Below are positions 52,939 to 64,000 of a stretch of 64,000 bases of DNA, piece after piece. Location: NCBI RefSeq assembly GCF_006345805.1, contig NC_043004.1, positions 28,272,001-28,336,000 on the forward strand, in the 5' to 3' direction. The notes beneath the pieces were generated by a model that was not told where the DNA came from, did no database searches, and was given only the letters and a program-made list of their open reading frames with translations. The stretch comes from Octopus sinensis. Taxonomy: Eukaryota. A program made the translations under genes and the position numbers. Position 1 is the stretch's first letter; each line of letters begins with the position of its first letter.

Positions 52939-53248
52939 CACACACACATGCACGCACACATCGTAGCTTGTAGGAATGTACTGCTAACAGGTTGCTGTGT
53001 ATCGATCACACGTTCTGCCAATCTACATTACATTCTTTTGTCGAATTTATTTCCAATCTTTCTTTTCTTTGTTTCGTTCTTGCTCTTGTTTGATTTTGAA
53101 ATTACTTTTGTAAAGAAATCGTTATCATTATTGCTATTATTATACTATGCATATGCCCCTTCTTTTTCAGATTATACAGTGTATACTTTTTTTTAATCAT
53201 TTCGTTATATATAACCACCCCCACACACACATACAAACTATATGTCTG

Positions 53249-53288
<40 letters not shown>

Positions 53289-54044
53289 CTTTCGATATAC
53301 CTCGCTATCCGATTTTCACTCTCTCTCTCTCTCTCTCTTCCCCCCTCTCTCTCTCTCGTGTGTGTGTCTGTATGTGTGTACGTGCTTGAGTCTTGACCCT
53401 CAATTTCCAGTGGGACACCATCGTGACATATTGGACTGTAATTTCAGCCATCTTCCCCGCTTGTGCGCTATATATAGATCGGGTGTCTGTATACACGCGC
53501 GCGCACTCACACACACACATACACACTCACACACACACGCACGCGCGCGCGCACAAGGTCATTATCGAAGTGAAAATTGCTTCACCTTGAAATTAAAACC
53601 GTATTGCTTGTCCGCTACCTCTTGCCACGAGTTAAAATGTCTCGCTGAATCTAGATATCTATCTTGATATATTGATTTCAAATCATGGTGAAGTCAACTT
53701 CGTGTTCTTACACACACCACCTTTTCTGGAGATTGGTAATTGAAGTACCAGTTGTATATTGGTAGCCTGATTCTATCGTCCCATTGTCTCGCCTCCAACT
53801 TTTATTTCGTGTGTCATTGTAAGAATACATTACTGTTACATGACAAATGTGATGGAATGTGGAAAATACAATATGTTGTTAAGTACTTTTCACTTCTGAG
53901 TTCACATGTGTTCATGGGTCAAAAAACAGAATAATGAAAACCAGTGATTACGGAGATTCATTCAACTATATTCATCTCCTCATCCATTACTGTCTGGCTC
54001 GGTGACAAAACTAGAAATTATTATAAGCTTTCCGTAGCCGTAAG

Positions 54045-54260
54045 ACGGCGAATTGTCAGCATGCCGGAAAAAATGCTTTGCAGTATCTTTTCCAAAACTG
54101 AGCCTTCAGAGTTCAAATTTCGCTGATGTCTTTTTCCTTTTTCATCTTTTCGGGTGTAGGGAAAGATAAAGTACCAGTCAAGTAGTGGGGTAAATGGTAT
54201 CGACTACATCGCCTCTCCTCAAAATTTTTGGTAGTGCATAAATTAGAAAGTGTCATCATT
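54045..54260 (+). mobile_element. SINE family B, decayed
   Basis: gcatgccggaaaaaatgctt...gagttcaaatttcgctg...gtaccagtcaagtagtgggg. Confidence 0.6.
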
Positions 54261-55176
54261 ATAAGTAATAGTTTGTATTAGTTTGCGATATGCTTTCGAT
54301 CGCCCGAAGAGTTGTTGCATCTATAACTGACTTCGTCGTTGCTTTAAGACAGTTCATACGTCACGCTCACAATGTAATTTTTATCATATGTAGTACATAG
54401 GAAAGCAATCACTCAGTTTTTAGTTATATCATAATTATTTATCTCTGACTTTAGTAATAAAGAAGAATCTCAAATAATTTTTGCCCTCTTTAATCGCTAT
54501 TGACCCAGTCCAATTGGTCGTAATTTATTGTTTTTGTTGTAGTCTCAAATTAGACACAGTCAAGCAAAGCTATGATTAAAAGGTTTCCCTGTCAAAAACG
54601 AATCCAGATTTTTGTCTTAGCTACATTGTTCAGTGTGCCCCTTCGCTTGCGTGACAGCATGATATAATTTCACTAAGATTGGTTGTAGTAAAACATCCAT
54701 AGCGATCATCACCAAAGGCTCGTACAGGCAGTCTTAAAAAAAATGATTGTAAAAAACACTGATGAAGAACCTGTTGATATTTCAAGAGGATCTGATCAAA
54801 TATTTAGTTGTCAATATCTACAGATCGAGATGCGTACATATATACATACATGAGCATGTATACAATACATGCACATACATTGATGCACGTGTAAAAAATG
54901 AACAGATTTTTACACAGTATGCATATGTTTAACCACACACATGTATAATTCCAGGACTGATAAAAACTACTGATTTAAATATTTGCACACGTGAACACCC
55001 AGACACGCACACATCACACCATCCATATATATAACTTCTCACTCATGCACACACAAACATAGATACTCATGCCGAGGAATGTACATATACACTCAGAGAT
55101 TTGTGCACGCACGCGCTACACACGCATACACACATATACATACATACATACATACATACATACATACATACATACA

Positions 55177-55209
<33 letters not shown>

Positions 55210-56387
55210 GTAAGTGTGTGTATGTGTATGTATTCTTACACATACAAATTTCATGAACTCAAACCTACAAATGTATGTACATGCATAAATTGTTGTGTAC
55301 AGATATATAGACAAATACAAGTATATGCACGCATACATATATCGACATATATTGTTTACAAAGGGAAAGTCAGCAGTTTCTGTACTTGAAGTTGAATTCG
55401 GGTTGGATGTTAAGAAGTAACTCTTTTTCACAGAATTGCTTTGACTTTCCTTAACTGATATGCAACAATAGAGAGACTGGTGCTACAATCTGTGATGGTC
55501 TCTGTGTGGTGAGAAAGCGTAGTGGCTAGTTTTGTTAATGCTTCTGAAAGTACCAGCTGAGCACTGGGCTTGATGTAATCGACTTACTCCACCCTCAAAA
55601 TTACTGGCCTTCAATGATTGTGGGTACTGGTTGAATTACTTTCAACTTGTTTGAAGTTAGGCCTGTGAAAAGTCCAGCCAAGAAATTTGTTAGCTTATCC
55701 GAGTAATCCGTGCAGTTATGCAAGCTACAAATGATGCAATTACGTTTAGTCGTGCATAGATATGTGCTGTATGCGTTGAGTGGCTTGCAGGTTTAGAAAG
55801 TGTATTTGTATTGAAGATGAAGTGAAATTTGTGCAAAGGCAACAAGTGGTTTCTGGTTCATTTTAATAAGCACTTTCCAAAGTTTTTATCATTTAGAAGT
55901 TAAAATTTTGGGTGAATTAAGTCTGGTGCCTGATGATGTTTCATTTTTTATTCTTAATTTTGGAGTTGCTGTCATTTATGTTGCGTTTGTTTTTTCTTTA
56001 GTGCCACCGCTCAGTGTCAAAGCGTTGTTGTATATACGAACATTGTTTATGAAGTATGTTTTATTGTGACACTTTGAAGAGCCTAACTGCGTTTTCCAAG
56101 GGCCACCATGGAAGACGAAGCCACTAGCAACTGTGAAACACTGAACTTCTCAATAGCTTCAATAAAACCATTGCTCTACAAAAATATCCGGTTCTCCCTC
56201 TTTCAGGCAGTTGTTATGTAATTCATTGTATTAAAAAGTTTATAAACCAGTTTCTTAAATGTACAATACTGATATCCAAACAGTTTGTTCTGTTTATGAC
56301 TCAATGTTTATCTTGATATTATTCAGAGACAAAAAAAGATAATTAGGTATCATATTGATTTAGACTGTAATGTGTTGGCCTTGTTTT

Positions 56388-56738
56388 GTTAGCTTGCTTC
56401 CCAACCACATGTTCCCGGGTTCAGTCCCACTGCATGGCATCTTGGCAACTGTCCTCTACTATAGCCTTGGGCCGACCAAAGCCTTGAGAGTGGATTTGGT
56501 TGAAGGAAACTGAAAGAAGCTCGTTGTATATATATGTCTGTGTGTGTTTGTACCCCCAACATCGCTTGGCAACCGATGCTGGTATGTTTACGCCCCCGTA
56601 ACTTAGTAGTTCGGTGAAAGAGAGCGATAGAATAAGTACTAGGCTTACAAAGAATAAGTCCTGGGGTCGATTTGCTCGACTAAAGGCGGTGCTCCAGCAT
56701 AGCCTCAGCCAAATGATTGAAACAAGTAAAAGAATAAA
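56388..56738 (+). mobile_element. SINE family A
   Basis: agcttgcttcccaaccacatgttcccgggttcagtcccactg...gaaacaagtaaaagaataaa. Confidence 0.9.
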
Positions 56739-58248
56739 ATTTAGATAAATTTTAAAACATGGTAATGATGTTGTTTAGTCGAAGATCATTGATAATCTAC
56801 CGGACATCTGGTTAAAAGCTTTCCGTGAGTCCAGTCGTTTTGTAAATAGAGAAGCAGAACCGTTCAATGTTTCATATATATTTTACATAAATGTGGAACA
56901 ATCCCACCACACCCTTTGGACATCCGAAATTATTTAAAGCTAGTGTGGGGCAACGACCTAGATCAAATGCTTATAACAGTGGAGTCTGCTAAAGGGACAC
57001 GAGGATCAAGTGGTGGTATTAAATCAGATGAGTGACCAAATTTAGTTTAAGACAAAAGAATGAGATTTAAATGAGATTTGGATATTATTTCTATCAGTTC
57101 GAGCAACATTAGCTGGATATAGTTGTGATGATGACTATGATGATAATCTCTCATAGTCCGGTTCTGCAATTTCTTGCTGAACAGCCTGCACAAATTATTT
57201 GTTTATAATGATCAAACCGACGTTGCCTGAAGAGGTGCTCGGTGTACCAAAACATCAGGTGTCGAAGTGATCGCGGAGCGACGTGAAATGAAGTGCTTTG
57301 CTCAGGAACACAACTCACCACCCGGTCCAGTCGGCCATGCGCCGTCGATGATGACTATTACATAATGCTTAGTAAACCATGTACATTTAACGATCGCAAT
57401 GATGAGTTAGTGTTCCAAAGAAATCAAGGTCTACTTATATAAATTCAGTGTGCAACTGGTGCCTTGTATACTGATGTATTTCTGAATATACGTGTGCAAG
57501 TACTATTTGCATATATATATTATTTTTTCATTTGTTTCAGCCCTAAGGTCATATATATATATATATATATATAGGTTTATTATATGCATTTTACACACAC
57601 ATACAATTCCACGCACACACATTTCCACACGCACGCGCGCACATATACATTATATATTTCTCAAGTGTTTAACAGATGCTCATTCCTCGGCTTGAAAATA
57701 ATTTTTTTTTTTCGTATAGCCAACAAATAGCTTGTTTCAGTAAACTTTCGATCAAAGATTTTCGAGCTGAGACCATCCGGTTGTACATTGGGCATTCTTG
57801 CAACTGTAGTATGTTCTAAAGAGATATTTAGTTGTTATTTCTTACAAGTCGTGTGACAGCGTAGAGCGATGCTTTTTTGGGGATTTTTTTCTAAATATCA
57901 CTCCTTTTATTTTACTAACATTTTCGGCACCTCTTCATACCTACCAACATACTCTCTTAATTTAATGTATGTAATCTAGTCCTGAGTTAATCCTCCCTTC
58001 TATTAGTGAATGCTGTAAACCTAGGTTGTATATATTCACTTTTGTTTGTTTACTAATTCACATTTTGAAGTGTATTATTATTGTCGATGTGGTTGTGATG
58101 AAGATAACAAGCAGTTTATCATCGAGACAAAAACTGCACTAATGCATCCATCACCCCTCCTAACAGCACCCATATAAAATTTTCTGGAATCCATTTTGAG
58201 ACGCAGTAATTTAGAGTCTTTCCTTGGCCTCTATACCTCTGATGCACT

Positions 58249-58655
58249 CTCTCTCTTTTACTCCTTTACTTGTTTCAGTCATTTGACTGTGGCCATGCTG
58301 GAGCACCGCCTTTAGTCGAGCAAATCGACCCCGGGTCTTATTCTTTTGTAAGCCCAGTACTTATTCTATCGGTCTCTTTTGCCGAACCGCTAAGTAACGG
58401 GGACATAAACACACCAGCATCGGTTGTCAAGCAATGCTAGGGGGACAAACACAGACAAACAAACACACACACGTATACATATATATATATATATATATAT
58501 ACAACAGGCTTCTTTCAGTTTCCGTCTACCAAATCCACTCACAAGGCATTGGTCGGTCCGGGGCTATATCAGAAGACACTTGCCCAAGATGCCACGCAGT
58601 GGGACTGAACCCAGAACCATATGGTTGGTTAGCAAGCTACTTACCACACAGCCAC
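58249..58655 (-). mobile_element. SINE family A flanked by a ~166 bp direct duplication
   Basis: family A reverse complement; 58055-58248 matches 58656-58821. Confidence 0.9.
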
Positions 58656-59309
58656 AATTCACATTTTGAAGTGTATTATTATTGTCGATGTTGTTGTAAT
58701 GAAGATAACAAGCAGTTTGTCATCGAGACAAAAACTGCACACCCATTTACAATTTTCTGGAATCCATTTTGAGACGTAGTAATTTAGAGTCTTTCCTTGG
58801 CCTCTATACCTCTGATGCACTATATCCCTCTGCTAAGTTGCTGACAAATACGTCTTTTCATCGAATATTGAGTATAAACCAATATGTGATTATTTTTTGA
58901 GACGGTTTCAGTTTCAGAGGTGGTACCTAATTTTGTCGCTTGTTGACTGGCAACATAACAATATGGTGCAAGGGAATCCTATAAACTGTAAGGATGGTAA
59001 CGACTTCAATGAATACGTCGTTTTTTTTAATGAAGAGTATCTCTGCAAAGTGCACACTCAAGGGAGGCCTTGAACTTTGCTGTTCATCCCTTTGGTATCA
59101 ATAAAATACTTATCTATAATAATCGACTAGAATATCACCCCCACCACCACCACCTCCACGGTTACGAATGATAGCGTTGTGATTAGGCAACAGTAATCAA
59201 TATTTCTTCTGGGAATTATATCGATTAGGAAATTATTAGACGTAAATTTAACAATACCCAAGAGAAATTCCAATCCAATTTCTGCCCATGTTTGTGTGTT
59301 CATACATTC

Positions 59310-59379
<70 letters not shown>

Positions 59380-59947
59380 CTGCGCGCGCGTGTGTCTATG
59401 TATATATATATGTGTGTGTGTGTGTGTGATTGTATGTATGTGAGTACGTACGTGTATGCGTGAATGTGAGTACAGTACACTTTTGTTAGCATGGAATTGT
59501 GATTGATATGCGATTGTATGTGTGCGTGTTTGTGTGTGTGTGTGTATGTGTGTGTGTGTGTGTGTACATGCAAATGCATACATATACGTCTATGTAGACA
59601 ATGATTTGAGTCCATAGTCGATCTATTAACAATTATCATAAATTACACAATCTATTTATACACTCGGTTTAAACACTCTTTCTGTGGTTCCTGACAAACT
59701 AAGTTTGTTATTCTACCTTCAAAAGAATTCTTGCCGAACTGTTTTTAAAAAAAAAATGACTCTGTTGTATTACGTATGTTGTAATATTTTCAATTTAGTT
59801 CCTCTAGGCACAACTTCAAACATTTGAGCGGAGTATAGTTAAATAAAAATGGTTAAATAAATAGAGCTCAAAATTTAGCTAATACTCTATTTTGTCAACC
59901 GATGAAAAATTAAAGAGGAGGTTGTCCTTGTTGCGATGGTATTAGGG

Positions 59948-60118
59948 CCGTTACGTTCTGGGTTCAAATTCCGCCGAGGTCGACTTTGCATTTTATCCTT
60001 TCGGGGTCGATGAATTATGTACCAGTTACGCACTGGAGTCGATATAATCGACTTAATCCGTTTGTCTGTCCTTGTTTGTCCTCTCTGTGTTTAGCCCCTT
60101 GTGGGTAGTAAAGAAATA
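59948..60118 (+). mobile_element. SINE family B, tail type 1, 5'-truncated, with ggtatta flanking duplication
   Basis: near-identical to the 3' part of 12958-13186. Confidence 0.85.
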
Positions 60119-60807
60119 GGTATTAAGAACGTAAATGGTCAAAGGGAAATGCCCGAAGGAATTTAGTCTACTGCCTTAATGTTCTGTCAATGCATTCCAT
60201 TCCAATAGCATTTGAATAATACCTAAGACATAAACTCAGTAAAGTATAAAACTCAGTAGTAGATATCCGACCAAAATATGTGATGTTGCAATCTTTAAAA
60301 TTCGTAGTTCATATCTTGCAAAAGTTAGTATTGCCTTTCATCCGTCCAGAGTCCATCAGTATGTACCGCTCCATCACTGGGACCGTTTTGTACCTATGAT
60401 AAATACGTGATCAAACAGATTTATGATTTGTAGTAAAGCTGTAACCATCCGGTGTCTTCTGAATAGCATGGAGAATATTATCCTAAGTTCTCTCTTTTAT
60501 AGTAGGAAGAAGTGATTACAGTTTTTAAATACTATTTTCTAATTGATCGATTGATAACTAAAAAGTTCTCTTGTTCTTTCGCCAGGACAGATTGTTACTC
60601 CTTACAACCAGTGTGACAACATATAAACTCTGTGTGTGTGTGTTCGCGCGCGCGCATCCACACACAATTTTGATTACGCACAATATAAGAAGTGGTAAGA
60701 GATGTGATCGTACCTGACGGTATTCTAGAGCTGTGAAGGAAATAAACCAAAACCTGAGGTTTAGAAAAATAGCCTACTTCAAGGATACTATTATCAAATT
60801 TGATCTT

Positions 60808-61020
60808 AAGGCGGAAAGCAGCCAGAATCGGTAGCACGACGGACTAAATGCTATGTGACATTTCAGCTGTTTTCACGCTTTGCGTACAAATTCTGCTGAG
60901 GTCGACTTAGTCTTTCATTATTTCGGTGTTGATGAAATAAGTACTTCTTGTTGACTGGGGTCAATGTAATTGACACTTAGCATCTTCCACGAAATTCTTG
61001 GCTTCGTGCAGAAATTTAAA
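60808..61020 (+). mobile_element. SINE family B, decayed
   Basis: aaggcggaaagcagccagaatcggtagcacgacggactaaatgct...tgaggtcgacttag...gactggggtcaatgtaattgac. Confidence 0.65.
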
Positions 61021-62019
61021 ATCTGAAACTAGTATCAAATCTGATTTTCATAATAGACGATGTATAGTTTCTTATATCGTACGTCAGCACCTGACCTTTC
61101 AGTGTCCCTAATATGTGAACGGAAATGTAGTAGTAGTGGGTGGCAGCAGTAGCAGCAGCAGCAGCAGTAGTAGTTATCATGTATTTGCTCCCAACTCAAT
61201 GAGGCATGTTCTTTCTTTTTTAGCTTTTCATATGGAAATGTATACTTTGAAGTAGCTTTGGCTGTTTTTCTAGCAAGCTGAGCGACTACTTAGCGGACAG
61301 TTCTTTGTCTAGAAGTAGTACTACGTAATACTGTTCTTACTGTTAAATTTCCAATGTAATTTCTTAGCAACGGAAGCCATCAGTATTATGTGCTGTCCCT
61401 ATGTTATATTATTTTCAGACATGCAATAAGAAGTGGGCCATCTCTGGTTATTGACCACACTACTAAGAGTTGTTCAATAGTTTATGGATAATCAGTTCTT
61501 TCAAAACCCTAACTGCTGTGCATTTGTTGTCATAATCTAACCAAATTAATCTGATTAAATCTTCCCTCCTTTCAATCTGCTCATCAATGAGCAGTAATTA
61601 TGCTATTTAAGTCTTCTTATCGGACCGAGAAACATCCTTTCTCTTCTTGAGCTCTTAATGTTTTAAATGATCTAGTATATTATCTCAGTACATGTATTAC
61701 ATACACATATACACATATGTATAATGTGTGTGTGTGTAAACTCAGAAGTTTTGTAACAACGGCCAGAATAAACATAATTCATTCGTGATACAGTTTTATA
61801 TAATATACACTTTTGAAAATCAAACATGAAACCGGTCAAGTATATTTCTGTATTTTGAAATATTAAATTCTAATTAATTCTGATATATTCTCTGCGCATT
61901 TTCGAATTTTCGATTTCGTTTCTTCCATCCCTCCACTTGTTTGGAATAACAACAACAACAACAACACCAACAATAATAATAATATATACATATGTATATA
62001 TATGTATGTGTGTATATAT

Positions 62020-62076
<57 letters not shown>

Positions 62077-62370
62077 AGGTAGGTTGGTAGAGATGTAGGT
62101 GAACACAATTAGACATGACACACACACACGTATTTATATATATATTTATATATACATTTACATATATTTAGATACACATAGATACATAAATCTATATATA
62201 TCCAAAAAAATAAACACATACACATAGGTATATATGTAAATAAACACACGCACACACTCACACACGCACAAATATAATTACATAAAATTATAGATATGTG
62301 TGTGTGCGTGTATAAATATATAAATTTTTATGCTGACATTTCCTACATGCACTCGACATACTTTTGTAAA

Positions 62371-62401
<31 letters not shown>

Positions 62402-64000
62402 TGTGTGTGTGTGTGCGTATTATTTCGCATAATTCTTTACCCTCTCTACAAATAATAATCGTCAGCCTTCAAATCAAAGATGGCATTACAATTGAACGCC
62501 TGCTTTGCCTATAAAAGACAGCGTTTCTACAGATTTACTCCTGCAATGACTACCATGAACAGTGCCGCGGGCAGAAGAGTAATTGATTTTTTTTTTTTTG
62601 AACACATGTTCTTCCATTCTTAAAATTTATCTTTTTTTTTATTATGTTGTATAATACTTGACTATTTTATAATCCAGTTATTTTTATTTCTTTCTTCCTC
62701 AATCTCTTTTTCTATGTGAAATGACGGATAATCTTACGTGAAAGCATGAGTTACACATGTTTTCTTTTTACTTTATTTCTTCTTTAAACTTACCCAGTAA
62801 CACACATTCATAACCAACAAAAGTACGAGCCTTCCTGTTTTGTTTTATTATTATTATCTTTTTTTGTATCCTAAGTTGTAGAATATTAACAACAATTTCA
62901 TTTTATTTTCTTCATTAATATTTTTCGATATTTTGTGTGTTAAGTGTTAATTCTTTTTTTATTTCTATAAATAAAAGATATTTATAAATCCACCAAAGTA
63001 TCTACAGTTTTCAATCTATGTGTCTCAAAACTTTGCTCGACTAAAAACACGAAACCTATTAAATCCACTGAGAACCTGCCACCTGTTAAAGTATGCTACT
63101 CAGTCTTTTGTCGTTTCAGCCCACTCGGCTTATTCCACTTATGCTAGTCTACTAAATACATCGAGGTTATTGACCTTATGTTCTTACCAAATACTAATAC
63201 TTTATGCATGAACAACTGTAATTCAATGATTTTATATGACCTCGTCTAATGAAAATAACGAACAGTCACACTTTATGCTTCATAAAACTTACCCATTGGA
63301 CATTCTTCTACCTCCTTCTCTCATATTTCTTATTTAACGAATCAAATTTCAATCCTATAATTGGATAAAAGAAAAAGAAGCCTCCTGAAAATGGCGGTAT
63401 AGTTCTGCTTGTAGCCTTCCCTGTAAAACTTAAGAGAATTTAGATATGCAGAATTTATGAATACGGTGAAAGCGTACAAGTTAAACTGATGTTGCAGTTC
63501 ACTGAAACTTCAAACCAAATTCACAACACTGAGTGAGACATGTGGAATTTATGCGAAGCTGAAGTGATATCGATTGGCTTTTTTTTTATGAATTTCATAT
63601 AATTTGGTTCCTGACGTTCATGTACAGGTAATTCTTATTTCACTCAGGTGCACCGTCTTCGTCTAAAACCTGCAACCGAGCCAATACGAAGTTTCCATGG
63701 AGTTGGACAACATACTAAAAATAACTTAGACCTTACAACATGCACAGCACCTTGAAATATGACAGGATGGTTACGACTAGCACAGTTATAATCATAGTAT
63801 AGATTTTCTGCTCACTCATCTTTTATGCTATTCATTATTCCAAAAATCAAACTTTCGCATTCATCCCTGGATTTTGGTTTGGTGAACGCTCAACCGATTA
63901 TACTTAACATTTATTGGTTATAACATTATACAAAACAGCAGCTAACAAAAATTAAAATATAGCATTTTTATAGCAGGGACATGGAAATATAGGCAATATA

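Noticed and set aside
52392-52973. 193 aa Thr-rich ORF
   Set aside because: A concatenation of (ACC/ACT), (GA)n and (CA)n simple repeats with no domain.
56102-56221. Perfect Kozak gccaccATGG followed by a ~37 codon ORF
   Set aside because: Short ORF with no recognisable motif or clear splice support; expected by chance.

Overview
AT-rich, microsatellite-saturated eukaryotic DNA. The SINE families and (TA)/(CA)/(TACA)/(AGAT)/(AAT) tracts suggest an octopus or other coleoid cephalopod genome; this is inferred, not searched. I cannot support any host protein-coding exon, and most ORF-track entries are translated microsatellites. The window is intronic or intergenic and full of decayed transposons: several tRNA-derived SINE families, two full-length decayed mariner elements plus mariner and Tc1 fragments, a Merlin (IS1595-like) transposase relic, R4/Dong-type RLE LINE fragments, and three RTE-type LINE pieces whose 3' ends carry C2H2 zinc fingers. 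There is also one young 5'-truncated Penelope-like element (RT C-terminus plus GIY-YIG endonuclease) with ~1 kb inverted pseudo-LTRs. The most unusual signal is a set of minimal type I hammerhead-ribozyme motifs. One is a U3-A8 core variant in the Penelope pLTRs, one is a canonical-core motif at 45.65 kb, and one lies in a non-coding element combining a tRNA-like segment, an (AAT)n spacer and a hammerhead tail. That element occurs as a ~730 bp fold-back palindrome at 26.7-27.46 kb and as a single copy at 5.6-5.9 kb, and is a candidate Penelope-mobilised, ribozyme-bearing SINE-like element. All calls come from manual reading, and repeat boundaries are approximate.
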